Shown here: positions 20,489 through 30,698 of the stretch, piece by piece | Position numbering within the stretch: position 1 is the first letter of the stretch | How the letters are laid out: each line of letters opens with the position of its first letter | Assembly (NCBI GenBank): GCA_963835065.1 | Contig: CAWIEK010000002.1 | Location: 1 to 64,000, forward strand | DNA length: 64,000 nucleotides | Origin: an uncultured Chthonomonadaceae bacterium | Lineage (GTDB): Bacteria; Armatimonadota; Chthonomonadetes; Chthonomonadales; Chthonomonadaceae | Reading direction: 5' to 3' | Program-made: the position numbers and the translations under genes | The notes under the pieces: generated by a model | Databases searched by the model: none | Told to the model about the DNA's origin: nothing | What the model saw: only the letters and a program-made list of their open reading frames with translations

Positions 20489-21511
20489 ATGGATGAAGAA
20501 AAGAAATGGCGGAGTAGTATTGCTATCTCGTGCGTTATATGGCAATCTTTTCATGACGCTTGCCCTCAAAAATGGGTTCATCCCGACACTGTTGACCACA
20601 AACTTTGGTACGCGCTGGTTCGGAGTCGAAAAGTTGAATATACTTATGACGGAGAGGACATAGAGAATCTTGACAACCTGCCGGTTCGCTTAGAACCCTA
20701 TCAGTATTACTATACTTTGCCTTATAAGCTATATCACACTGTCACACGGCAAAGAGTTTATGTAGACAACGAGAGATATGATTCTTATCTGAAGTTGATC
20801 TGTAAATTCCTGGATAACGAGAATGTCATCTTGGATCGTCTTCCAGATGCATTGTGGTTTCCAAAATACTATATATTGCGCGACTCAGCGCGTGGTCACT
20901 CTACTACGTCGGCAGGAACAGCAAAGACCTGGTTTTGCAGCTTACTAGCTCATGGCTTACATCTGGCTTATCTGTTTTGCAGCGGTTTTTCAGGCGTATA
21001 CAAATTTCTCCTTTATCAAAAGCCGCAGCCATTGCCGCAACGTTTAATGAGAGATATACGCCGACGAAAGAACATAGATGCCGTACGATTGCTGGAGCAG
21101 GGCGCTGATTCGAATAGTGCCACAAATGAAAACTGGACTTGTCTGATGGCAGCATGTATGTATGGAAACACTGAGGCGGTGAAATTGCTTCTGTCGCGTG
21201 GAGCCGCACCAGATGCGACCACAAGAAGTGGACTAACCGCGTTAATAGTCGCGGTTATCTTCGGTAATTATGACTGCGTAGAGGAGCTTGTGACCTCCGG
21301 GGCAGACGTGAATTCTAAAGAAGCCATGGGTTATACGGCCTTGATGGTTGCGGCATCCACCTGTCAATTAAACACAGTGCGCTATCTTCTCGATCATGAC
21401 GCAGATCACAGCAATCTTAGCAAAGACTTGCTGACTGCGCTCCGTTGTGCCGAAAAATATGGCTGTACCTCCGTGGCAAATTTGCTCCATCAGTTCGATA
21501 CAACAGAGTAA
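20489..21511 (+). CDS. Ankyrin-repeat protein, low GC
   Basis: C-terminal T.LM.A...G..E.VK.LL..GA repeats. Confidence 0.8.
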   Translation: MDEEKKWRSSIAISCVIWQSFHDACPQKWVHPDTVDHKLWYALVRSRKVEYTYDGEDIENLDNLPVRLEPYQYYYTLPYKLYHTVTRQRVYVDNERYDSYLKLICKFLDNENVILDRLPDALWFPKYYILRDSARGHSTTSAGTAKTWFCSLLAHGLHLAYLFCSGFSGVYKFLLYQKPQPLPQRLMRDIRRRKNIDAVRLLEQGADSNSATNENWTCLMAACMYGNTEAVKLLLSRGAAPDATTRSGLTALIVAVIFGNYDCVEELVTSGADVNSKEAMGYTALMVAASTCQLNTVRYLLDHDADHSNLSKDLLTALRCAEKYGCTSVANLLHQFDTTE

Positions 21512-21649
21512 ATACGCTACATCCGTAAGTTCCTGTGTGGTAACGACGGAAGAAATACGTCCGTCGTGCAAGGTTATGGGTAACGAAGAGATTTGGTCAA
21601 AGTTTATATGCTTTGCGCCAAGCAATAGGCAAAGCAAGAAGAGAAACAG

Positions 21650-23099
21650 ATGGAAAACAAGAAACTACAAATAGCGCGGCGGCACTTCTTTCGGGAGTGC
21701 GGCGTCGGGTTGGGCAAAATGGCGCTGGCTTCCTTATTAACGGACGCCTTCACCGCGCAAAACGCTTTCGCCGGGAACACCACGCCTAATACCCAACACC
21801 CGACACCCAACACCCGCTCCCCTCACTTTGCCCCGAAAGCCAAGCGCGTTATCCACCTGTTTATGGCGGGAGCGCCGAGTCAGTTGGATTTGTTCGACTA
21901 CAAGCCGGAACTGGCGCGTATGGAAGGCAAGCCGATCCCGCCTTCCGTTATCAATGGACAACGGTATGCGTTTATACGCCCGGACGCGGCAGTCTTAGGG
22001 CCGCAATTCAAATTTAGTCGAGCATGGGCAGTGCGGCATGGAACTTTCTGAAATGCTGCCGCATCTGGCAACCGTCGCGGACGATATTTGCCTGATTAAG
22101 TCCGTCAAAACCGATCAGTTCAACCATGCGCCCGCGCAAATTTTGTTCAATACGGGCTTTGGACAGCCGGGACGCCCAAGCATGGGATCGTGGGTGACAT
22201 ACGGATTGGGCGCGGAAACCAGAGACCTGCCCGCGTTTGTCGTGATGTCAACCGGGGCGGGAATCAGCGGGGGCGCGGCGAACTGGTCAAGCGGGTTTCT
22301 GCCTTCCGTATATTCGGGAACGCGCCTGCGCAGTCAGGGCGATGCCATTTTGGATGTGAGCCGTCCGCAGGGAATGGATGACCGCTTGCAGCGCGACACG
22401 CTTGATCTTGTCGGGGAAATGAACCGAAAGCAACTGGAAACGCAGCACGACCCGGAAATCGCCGCTCGCATCGCCGCGTATGAAATGTCGTACCGCCTGC
22501 AAACGTCCGCGCCCGAACTGATGGATTTGCGCTCCGAGTCGAAAGCCACGCTGGAAATGTACGGAGCCGACCCGGACAAGCCTTCGTTTGCCCGCGCCTG
22601 CCTCCTTGCGCGACGCTTGATTGAGCGCGGCGTCCGCTTTGTCAACATCTATCACGAGGGATGGGACGCGCACTCCGATGTTGTCGGCAACCTCAAAGGC
22701 AACTGCGGCGCAACCGACAAAGCAAGCGCGGCGCTAATTAAAGATTTGAAGCAGCGCGGCCTGCTCGACGATACGCTCGTAATCTGGGGCGGCGAGTTCG
22801 GGCGGACGCCGATGGTAGAATCCAACGCCGCGTTGGGCCGAAGTCAGGGGCGCGACCATCACCCGTCCGCGTATACGATGTGGCTGGCGGGCGGCGGCAT
22901 CAAGCCCGGCCTGACGTACGGCCAAACCGACGACCTGGGCTTCAACGTCGTGGAAAACCCCGTGCATGTCCACGACTTGCAGGCGACCATTCTACACCTG
23001 CTTGGCCTGGACCACACGCGCCTGACCTACCACTACGCAGGCCGCGATTACCGCCTGACCGATGTGTACGGCAATGTGGTGAAAGAGATACTTGCTTAG
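21650..23099 (+). CDS. DUF1501 protein (frameshift near 22020)
   Basis: RRHFF Tat-like start, [36 protein letters not shown] and RLTDV.G. Confidence 0.92.
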
Positions 23100-23190
23100 G
23101 CATCAGGCATCAGGCATCAGGCATTAGAACAATGCGCGAGTTGAACAAGACTCTTCCTAATATCTAATGCCTAATGCCTGATGCCTATTC
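23096..23190. repeat. Heptamer inverted repeat
   Basis: (AGGCATC/T)n ... (TAATGCC)n. Confidence 0.8.
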
Positions 23191-23206
23191 AAAGGAGAAA
23201 CCTACC

Positions 23207-24007
23207 ATGAAACTGTCCTGTCAGGAAGGGCTGATACCCGGCGATACATTCGCCGAGAAACTGCGCAATTTGGAGCGCTACGGGTTTGAGGGCGTGGAAT
23301 TGAACGGCGGGAAGCTGACTGACCCGGCGGGTTTTGCCGAGCGCAAGGCAGCGCTACTGGACAGTCCCATACGGGCGTCTTCCATCTGCGGTGGAGCGCC
23401 GGCGGAACTGGTGCATCGGGACCCGGCGAAGCGGCAGGCGTGCGCGGACGCGCTGAAAAAGCAGTTGGATTACGCAGCGGAACTGGGCGCGGTAGGCTAC
23501 ATCACGGTTCCCATCTTCAACAGCAATGACCGCCTGCCCGATATGTCGCCGTGGAAAACGCGCGGGGAACTGGAACGGGAAATGCTGGTCGCCATGCTGC
23601 AAACGCTCGTGCCGTATGCGGAAAAAGCGGGCGCGGCGATCCTGCTGGAGCCGCTCAATCGCTACGAGTCCAACAGCCTGCCCAAACAAAAGGACGGCGC
23701 AAGCGTGGTTCGTACCCTCAACAGCCGCGCCGTGCGCTTGATGTCGGACACGTTTCACATGCACATTGAGGAAACGGACAGTCCGGCCACTTTGCGCGAA
23801 GTGGGGGATGCGATTGGACATGTCCATCTGGCCGACAACACGCGCCTGGAACCGGGCACGGGCGACATAGATTTCCGCGCCATCTTCGCCGCCCTGAAAG
23901 CCGTCAACTTCGGCGGCTACATGGCCTTCGAGTGCGGACTGTCCGGCAAAGCCGACGACGTTCTGCCCCGCAGCGTCGCGTTTTTGAACGAGCGCATGGC
24001 AGGTTAA
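23207..24007 (+). CDS. Sugar phosphate isomerase/epimerase (xylose-isomerase-like TIM barrel)
   Basis: LEPLNRYE, D.FHMHIEE, HVHLADN.R..PG.G and FEC. Confidence 0.9.
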   Translation: MKLSCQEGLIPGDTFAEKLRNLERYGFEGVELNGGKLTDPAGFAERKAALLDSPIRASSICGGAPAELVHRDPAKRQACADALKKQLDYAAELGAVGYITVPIFNSNDRLPDMSPWKTRGELEREMLVAMLQTLVPYAEKAGAAILLEPLNRYESNSLPKQKDGASVVRTLNSRAVRLMSDTFHMHIEETDSPATLREVGDAIGHVHLADNTRLEPGTGDIDFRAIFAALKAVNFGGYMAFECGLSGKADDVLPRSVAFLNERMAG

Positions 24008-24334
24008 GGCAGGCAAATCCTGCCACAACATTTTCCTGCAATTCGCGCCATTATACGGTATAAAATAGGTGACAATGGGAAATTGGACGCGCTGACACTT
24101 GCGTTCACCGGTGAACGCGGCGTAACATCGTGTCCGAAACCGTGTCCTATCGTTTGACCGCCGCTTGCCGGAACAATCCATTATGGAGCGGTCACAGTCT
24201 CGTAACTTTTGCGTTCTTTTGAAATACGCCTTTGCACAGGCACTGCTCCGGTTTGGGCTTGCAGAACTCTTTTCGGGGTTCGCAGCCGCACCGGAGCCGA
24301 TCTTACAACATTGCATCCAAAGGAGAACCGTTTG

Positions 24335-25064
24335 ATGAAAGCTACGTCCCGGAACGCGCGCCCTGCGCGGAAACTGACCTTGAAAACGTTCGTGTGCAGC
24401 CTCGCGCTTGATGGCCGGAATTGCCGGCCTGCATCCCGTTCTGGCGCAGGGTGGCGACAAAGTGCCCCTGCCTATCAAACTGCCGCGAGCGGTTTTTGCG
24501 GGCACGGCCAGCAACAAGGGCATTGATCCCAAAGTGGAGCCGCTTTCCAAAACGCCCCGCGCCGTCCCGATGGTTCCCAAAGGCACGGTAAACCTCGCCC
24601 TGCACAAGAAAGTGACCAGCAGTTCCGTGCCGTTTAGCGGCAATATGAGCGAGTTAGACCTGGTTACAGACGGCGACAAGGAAGCGCGCGAAGACGCCGC
24701 CGTGGAACTCAAGCCCAAACCACAGTGGATACAAATTGATCTGGGCGAATCGGCTCCCCTGTCCTACATCGCCGTCTGGCACACGCACCTGGAACCCATC
24801 GTGTACCATAGCGTTGTCGTGCAGGTGTCCAACGATCCGAAGTTTTTGGAAGGCGTGACCACGCTGTTCAACAACGATCAGGAGAATGCGGTCAATCAGG
24901 GCATCGGCAAGGATCGCGAGTACGTCGAATCCAACGAAGGCAAATTGATTGACGCCAAAGGGACGAAAGCGCGTTACGTCCGGCTGTGGAGCAAGGGCAG
25001 CACGTTCCGCGACCAACTGAACCGCTACACCGAAGTAGAAGTGTACGGCGTTCCTTCCAAGTAG
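24335..25064 (+). CDS. Secreted discoidin/F5-8 type C-like protein (frameshift near 24405)
   Basis: Signal peptide, NLALHKKVT.S, TDGD, WIQIDLG, ARYVRL and EVEVYG. Confidence 0.8.
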
Positions 25065-25075
25065 GACTTTAGCCC

Positions 25076-25230
25076 CAATACCGTTCAAATAAGCGTTGGT
25101 AGGGACACAACTTGTTGTGTCCTCTTCCGGTAGATGTGTCCTCTTCCGGTAGATGAGAGCGCGGACACAACAAGTTGTGTCCCTACAATGTTCTTTTTGA
25201 GGGGAAGATTGCCTTATTTGAACGGTATTG
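25076..25230. repeat. MITE-like 18-bp perfect IR enclosing a REPIN
   Basis: CAATACCGTTCAAATAAG at 25076-25093 and its complement at 25213-25230. Inner GTAGGGACACAACTTGTTGTGTCC pair at 25099-25186 with an 18-bp tandem duplication. Confidence 0.85.
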
Positions 25231-25285
25231 CTTCTTGCCACAACCCCTTTTCCCATGTTGGGAGAAGGGGCGGCATCCGTAAAGA

Positions 25286-26887
25286 ATGCTTATGCGGGAT
25301 CGCGCCCCGTTCCAACCATTTACTATTCTGCTTTGCCTGCTTGCGCTTGGCGCGTTGTGGTTTCGGCTATATGCGCCGGGCAATCGCGCGTTTCATGGCG
25401 ATGAAGCCGTTCACGCCTTCAAGTTCCTCGATTTGTGGCAAAAGGGAGAGTACCGCTACGACCCAAATGAGTATCACGGACCGACGCTGTATTACGCCGC
25501 GTTGCCTTCCATCTGGCTGCATCATCGGCACACGTTTGCGGAAACGCAGGAGGGCGATTACCGCCTGCCTATTATCATATTCGGGGCGGCAATGCTGCTG
25601 CTTCTCGCGCCCCTTGCGGACGGTTTGGGCAAGCGCGCGGTTTTGTGCGCCGCCGTTCTGACCGCGCTTTCTCCCGCCTTCGTTTTTTACAGTCGTTACT
25701 TCATTCAGGAAGTTCCGCTTGTCTTCTTTACGCTCGGCATGATTGCGTGTGGCTGGCGGTATGCGCGTGGCCGTAAAACCGGTTGGCTCGTAGGCGCGGG
25801 CGTATGCGCCGGCCTTATGATCGCTTCCAAAGAAACGGCAGTTCTCGCGTTCGTTTCTGCCGCCGCTTCCTGCGGATTAACCGCGTGGTGGACGCGCCGC
25901 GTGGACAAGCGCAGCCTGAATCTACGCGCCTTGTGGCAAACCAAACCCGTCCTGCTTTCCCTCGCCGCCTGCCTGCTTATTGCCTGCCTGTTCCTGTCCG
26001 GATTCGGCTCCAACCTGCGCGGGCCGCTGGACTATCTGCGCGCCTATACGCCCTGGCTCAATCGCGCCGGGGGCACAAGCCTGCACAAGCACGAGTTCTT
26101 CTACTATCTGCATCTTCTCGCCTGGAACCACAACGCGCCCGGACAGACTTGGAGCGAGGGGCTGATTGTCGGCCTGGCCCTTATCGGCCTGATTGTCGCG
26201 CTCCTGCCCGCCCGCAAAAACCTGCTGGAAGGCAGTCCCGTGTTTGCCCGCTTCGCCGCCTTTTACACGCTGCTGCTCACGCTCATTTACAGCCTCATCC
26301 CCTACAAAACGCCCTGGTGCGTGTTGAGTTTTCTCAACGGCATGATTTTGCTGGCAGGCATTGGCGTGGTTGCGCTGGTCAAAATTGTGCCCGGTAAAAT
26401 CGGCAAGGCGATAACGGCGATTCTGCTTCTGTCAGCAACCGTACAACTTGGTATGCAGTCGTACCGCGCGAGTTATGTGGAGGAGAACAACCCCGCGAAC
26501 CCGTATTGCTATGCGCAGCCCGCGCCCGATGTGGCGAGATTGGGCGAGTACATCGAAAAGATAACGCGCCCCTATCCGCAGGGCGACCAAACTGTTATTC
26601 AGATTATCTGGATAGACAACTACTATTGGCCCCTGCCCTGGTATCTGCGCCGCTTCCCCAACATCGGCTACTACAATCAGGTTCCCCCGGATGCCGTCGC
26701 GCCCATCATCCTCGCCTCGCAGGAGTTTGACGAGCAGTTGACCAAAAAACTGGATGCCACGCACCTGATGAACAAACTCTTCAATCTGCGCAGTGATACG
26801 TTCGTGGAAGTGTGGCCGAGCCTGGAATTGTGGAGCGCGTACCTGAAGTACAAAAAAGCCCACGAACCGCCGGAACCGGATGAGTAA
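25286..26887 (+). CDS. TIGR03663-like membrane protein (GT-C/PMT-like glycosyltransferase)
   Basis: H.DEAVH, Y.YDP..YHGP.L, YSRYFI.E, SKE, YKTPW and WPLPWYLR; multiple TM segments. Confidence 0.85.
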   Translation: MLMRDRAPFQPFTILLCLLALGALWFRLYAPGNRAFHGDEAVHAFKFLDLWQKGEYRYDPNEYHGPTLYYAALPSIWLHHRHTFAETQEGDYRLPIIIFGAAMLLLLAPLADGLGKRAVLCAAVLTALSPAFVFYSRYFIQEVPLVFFTLGMIACGWRYARGRKTGWLVGAGVCAGLMIASKETAVLAFVSAAASCGLTAWWTRRVDKRSLNLRALWQTKPVLLSLAACLLIACLFLSGFGSNLRGPLDYLRAYTPWLNRAGGTSLHKHEFFYYLHLLAWNHNAPGQTWSEGLIVGLALIGLIVALLPARKNLLEGSPVFARFAAFYTLLLTLIYSLIPYKTPWCVLSFLNGMILLAGIGVVALVKIVPGKIGKAITAILLLSATVQLGMQSYRASYVEENNPANPYCYAQPAPDVARLGEYIEKITRPYPQGDQTVIQIIWIDNYYWPLPWYLRRFPNIGYYNQVPPDAVAPIILASQEFDEQLTKKLDATHLMNKLFNLRSDTFVEVWPSLELWSAYLKYKKAHEPPEPDE

Positions 26888-26960
26888 TTGCTTACGAATA
26901 ACTCCTTTACTGTAAACAGGGGGTGCTGCGTTAAAATCGCTTTGCCGCGCCTACAAAAAC

Positions 26961-26987
26961 TGAACTTTCGCCGGCCGTTATCGTCTG
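26961..26987 (+). promoter_or_regulatory. Possible ECF promoter variant
   Basis: TGAACT-N15-CGTCTG upstream of a small secreted protein. Confidence 0.4.
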
Positions 26988-27073
26988 TAATCCTGTTGCG
27001 AACAAACGCAGCCCTTTCAACTTAAAATCGTATGAAGTCGAAGCCCGGACGCTTCGATGGATTGGACACTCTG

Positions 27074-27421
27074 ATGAAAACTTTAAAATCAACTCAATGG
27101 ATAGCCTGCCTTGCTCCCGTCGCGCTGTTTGTCGCCGTCGCGCTTCCCGCTTCCGCGCAAACGCCGACGCACCCGCATGACGTCAACTCACGCTTGAAAG
27201 AACAGCATCAGCGCATCCAGCAGGGCGTGAAAAGCGGCCAACTGACGCGGCGCGAAGCTAACCGTATGCGGCTGCGCGATGCCCGCATCCGCTACCATCA
27301 ATCTCGTGACCGTGTGACCGGCGGCCATATCAGCCGCGCCGAACACCAGCGACTGGAACATCAGCTCAATCGAACGAGCCATGCCATTCACAGCCAGAAG
27401 CATGACGCGCAGCAGCGTTAG
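27074..27421 (+). CDS. Small secreted helical protein
   Basis: Signal peptide (ASA-Q); Q..RI.QG..SGQLT.RE motif. Confidence 0.75.
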   Translation: MKTLKSTQWIACLAPVALFVAVALPASAQTPTHPHDVNSRLKEQHQRIQQGVKSGQLTRREANRMRLRDARIRYHQSRDRVTGGHISRAEHQRLEHQLNRTSHAIHSQKHDAQQR

Positions 27422-27468
27422 TCTCGCGGTTTAACCGCAATGTCTGGAGTACAGACAACCGCAACAGC

Positions 27469-27504
27469 AAAACAGGGACGCCATTCATTGGCATCCCTGT
27501 TTTT
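27469..27504 (+). terminator. Intrinsic terminator
   Basis: AAAACAGGGACGCCA-loop-TGGCATCCCTGTTTTT. Confidence 0.75.
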
Positions 27505-27657
27505 GTTCTTCCTTTTTGTCCATCTTTCCCTATGCACAAAGCAGGGGATTGCGCGGTGTGTGTCGAATAGTCCTGTATAACTCGCTCTAGACAGCTACAC
27601 GCGCCTTGCGGAACATCCCGACGTGGAGATGCCGCGAGTCAGAATACAGGAAAACCC

Positions 27658-28368
27658 ATGAAAGAAAAGCTACTGGCTTTGTACGAATTACAGCAGGTTG
27701 ACAGCGCCCTCGATGCCCTCAAGCGCCAGTACGCCGCAATGGACAGGGGACAGGAAGAGCGGACGCGCTACGACGCGGCCAAAGCCGCCCATGAGGAAAC
27801 CCTGGCCGCGCTCAAAGCCGCCGAAACCGACCACAATGACACCAAACTGGAACTGGAAGGCGTCGTTACCAAGCACAAGGAAGTGGAAACCAAACTGTAC
27901 AGCGGCAGCGTCCGCAATCCCAAAGACCTCCAATTCATGCAGGAAGAGGTGGAGATGCTGGGCCGCAACCGCGAACGCCTGGAAGAAAAACTCGCCACGC
28001 TGGCGGCAGACGTGGAAGCCTGCCGCGCCCGCGAGAAGGCTGCGAAAAAGATTCTTTCCGAAGCCATCAAAGCGTACAACGTGAAAGCAAGCGCGGCGCA
28101 GGAACAGTCCGCCACCTTCAAAGCGCAGGCGGAAGCCCTGACCGCGCAGCGAAAAACTCAGGAAACAGACATCACCCCCGACCTGATCAAGCGCTACAAC
28201 ACGCTGCGCGCGTCCAAACAGGGCATCGCGATTGTGATTTTGCAGGACGGCAACGCCTGCGGCGGCTGTAAAATGGGCCTGTCCCGCGACACCGTGCAGC
28301 GCGTCCGCGAAGGCAAAGTGGTCGTCATCTGCGAAAACTGTGAGCGGATGGTGGCGGATAAGAAGTAA
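27658..28368 (+). CDS. Coiled-coil + C4 zinc-ribbon protein (DUF164-like)
   Basis: LQ.VDS, long coiled coil, CGGC..CENC.R; precedes RNase H. Confidence 0.9.
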   Translation: MKEKLLALYELQQVDSALDALKRQYAAMDRGQEERTRYDAAKAAHEETLAALKAAETDHNDTKLELEGVVTKHKEVETKLYSGSVRNPKDLQFMQEEVEMLGRNRERLEEKLATLAADVEACRAREKAAKKILSEAIKAYNVKASAAQEQSATFKAQAEALTAQRKTQETDITPDLIKRYNTLRASKQGIAIVILQDGNACGGCKMGLSRDTVQRVREGKVVVICENCERMVADKK

Positions 28369-28369
28369 G

Positions 28370-28460
28370 GAAGGCATTAGGCATTAGGCATTAGGAAATA
28401 CGTCTGCAAACGTGTTCGCCGCCGCGATGCGGAACTAATGCCTAATGCCTAATGCCTAAT
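28370..28460. repeat. Heptamer inverted repeat
   Basis: (AGGCATT)x3 ... (TAATGCC)x3. Confidence 0.8.
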
Positions 28461-28482
28461 ATCTTCCCCGAAGGAGACAACC

Positions 28483-28893
28483 GTGAGCAAATGGAAAGCG
28501 CATGTGGATGGCGCGGCGCGGGGTAATCCCGGACCGGCGGGCATCGGCGTGAGTATTGAGGATGGCGAGGGGAATGTTGTTAAGGAAGTGGGCGAACCGT
28601 TGGGACGGACGACCAACAACGTAGCCGAATACACCGCGCTGATTCGCGCCCTGGAAGAAGCCCGCGCCCTGGGCTGTGACGACCTGGCCGTGTACACCGA
28701 CAGCGAACTGATGGCGCACCAACTGAACGGCAAATACGCCGTGAAAGCCGCGCACTTGCTGCCCCTGTATCAGCGCGCCCGCCTGCTGATGGGCAAGTTC
28801 GAGACCATCAGCGTCACCCACGTTCGCCGCGAATTCAACAAACGCGCCGACGCGCTTTCCAACATCGGCGCGGATCAAGTAGGAATGAACTAA
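28483..28893 (+). CDS. rnhA: Ribonuclease HI
   Basis: DGAARGNPGPAG, TNNVAEY.AL, DSEL and REFNKRAD.L. Confidence 0.92.
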   Translation: MSKWKAHVDGAARGNPGPAGIGVSIEDGEGNVVKEVGEPLGRTTNNVAEYTALIRALEEARALGCDDLAVYTDSELMAHQLNGKYAVKAAHLLPLYQRARLLMGKFETISVTHVRREFNKRADALSNIGADQVGMN

Positions 28894-29078
28894 CCACCCG
28901 CTTCGCTAGAGACACAGAGACACAGAGGGGGAACACAGAGGAAGAAAAGGAGAAAAGAAGAGAGTAACTCCTTTGCTTCCTTTGCCTCTTTGCGGTTCCT
29001 TTTTCCACTCCTTGTTCTCTTTTGTTTTTCTCGTATTGGCCTTTCCTCTGTGTCTCTGGTCTAGCGAAGCGGGTGGTG
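28893..29078. repeat. Long inverted-repeat element between convergent genes
   Basis: ACCACCCGCTTCGCTAGAGACACAGAG ... CTAGCGAAGCGGGTGGT; same family as 43318-43650. Confidence 0.85.
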
Positions 29079-29091
29079 AGTTTCTTCGTAT

Positions 29092-29412
29092 TTACGGGTC
29101 AGGGCGAGGGCCGGGGGTAATGCCTTCGAGGTGGGCGCGTTTGGCGACGCGGACGGTCAGGTCGTTTTCCACATAGATTTGGCAGGACAGGCGGAACTTT
29201 GCAATCAAGTCCGGCTCTTCCAGCGCTTCGATCTCGGCCTCGCTTTGCGGGGGCACATTGCCCGACACGATTTCGACCCGGCAGGTGGTGCAGCGCGCGT
29301 TGCCGCCGCAGCGGTGCAGCACGTCAATGCCGTTGTCTTCCAATCCGAGAACCAGCTTTTTGCCGGCCTCCACTTCAAACGTCGTTTCACCTTCCACGGT
29401 GACTTGGGGCAT
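29092..29412 (-). CDS. 2Fe-2S ferredoxin
   Basis: CGGNARCTTC ... RLSCQ. Confidence 0.9.
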   Translation of the reverse strand: MPQVTVEGETTFEVEAGKKLVLGLEDNGIDVLHRCGGNARCTTCRVEIVSGNVPPQSEAEIEALEEPDLIAKFRLSCQIYVENDLTVRVAKRAHLEGITPGPRPDP

Positions 29413-29877
29413 TTTCGTCTCCTTCTTGTTCGTCTTTGCAGGTCAGACTGTAAGCGTTGACTTTCACTCTCCCCCTTCTTACGAAACACGGACAAAGAGG
29501 TTCTGCCTTATCAGGTGAATTTGTCGGTGCGTGTGGTTCCAATGAAGCAAAGGACTGTTTACACTGCGGGATTTTTCCGCTTTTGGCAGGAGTTATTGAG
29601 CGCGGCGTGGAATTCAGCACCCATCTGCTGCCAGCGTTGGCAACTTAGGGCCTCTCCCAAAAGCGCGGCATTTGCGTCTGGAAGACGCTTGACCTTTCCT
29701 GCCGGGTACTTTCAGTGTCCGGCCTATTGCAACAGGCTCTAAGCCACGCATCGGCAGACGCGATTGAGAATACATGGAGATGTGACCCCGCTTCCTCCCT
29801 TGACGGCATTGCTGCCGTTCACAGCAGGGCAGAGCGTGGCAAACTGTGGTTCCTACTCTGGTTCAAAGGAGAACATC

Positions 29878-30660
29878 ATGTCTCGGAGGCAACGTGGCTT
29901 CGCGTGGAATGAATTGCAGCGCAAAGAAGAAGTAAGCGCAAGTAAACGGAACAAAAATAAACTGCCGTTGGTGGCGGCGGCGATGCTGCCAATGCTGCTG
30001 ACATCCCGCGCCCACGCGCAGGTGACAAAAGTGGGCGAAGCGTACCAACTGCGCGTGAAATACGCGGCGGGAACCAAACTGACGTATGCCATGAAAACCA
30101 CCGTCACGCCGATGGGGGGAGCAACGATGTCGATAGCGCCGGGCGGCAATACCCTTGCCGGCCCGATTGTGGTCAATGTGCAGAGCGTAAAAGACGCCAA
30201 CGCCACGCTCAAAGTCACTCTCGGTCCTTGCAACCCCACTTCCAAAACGCCCGTCGCGGAGCAGGCGGAAACCATTCAGGTGGATGCGCAAAACAAGCTG
30301 CTGGACACGGGCACGGGAACCACGCGCATTGACATCAGTATGCCCGTCTTCTCCCCCGACCCCATGACGGTGGGAGAGCGCTACACGACCACACAGAAAT
30401 TGCTGCGCGGCGGGCGCGTGCTGGAAGTCATCAGCACCTACTACCTGCGCGGCCTCAAAACCGTCGGCGGGCAGCAGGTGGCGGAACTGGAAGCCTCCGT
30501 AACCGGCAAAGGCGATGTGCAATACACCAATCATGGCACGGTTTACGTAACGGTGAGCGACGGCATCCTGTTCCGGTCCGACATGAAACAGGCCATTCGC
30601 ATCGGAAACGCGCAGCGCTCCGTTTATCTCGAAGCCGAAACCGTCATCACGCGCAAGTAG
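29878..30660 (+). CDS. Secreted hypothetical protein
   Basis: AAGGAG SD, signal-like segment ending AHA-Q, beta-rich sequence. Confidence 0.65.
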   Translation: MSRRQRGFAWNELQRKEEVSASKRNKNKLPLVAAAMLPMLLTSRAHAQVTKVGEAYQLRVKYAAGTKLTYAMKTTVTPMGGATMSIAPGGNTLAGPIVVNVQSVKDANATLKVTLGPCNPTSKTPVAEQAETIQVDAQNKLLDTGTGTTRIDISMPVFSPDPMTVGERYTTTQKLLRGGRVLEVISTYYLRGLKTVGGQQVAELEASVTGKGDVQYTNHGTVYVTVSDGILFRSDMKQAIRIGNAQRSVYLEAETVITRK

Positions 30661-30698
30661 CTAACCGATACGAACAACGGCCAGACAGAAGAAAAATC

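Noticed and set aside
27541..27568. SigH-like promoter (GCAGG..GAAT) before the Zn-ribbon gene
   Set aside because: Single imperfect match with no second clear instance.
29500..29870. Riboswitch in long intergenic regions (also 24010-24330)
   Set aside because: Some hairpins, but no recognisable aptamer consensus; would need an Rfam scan.
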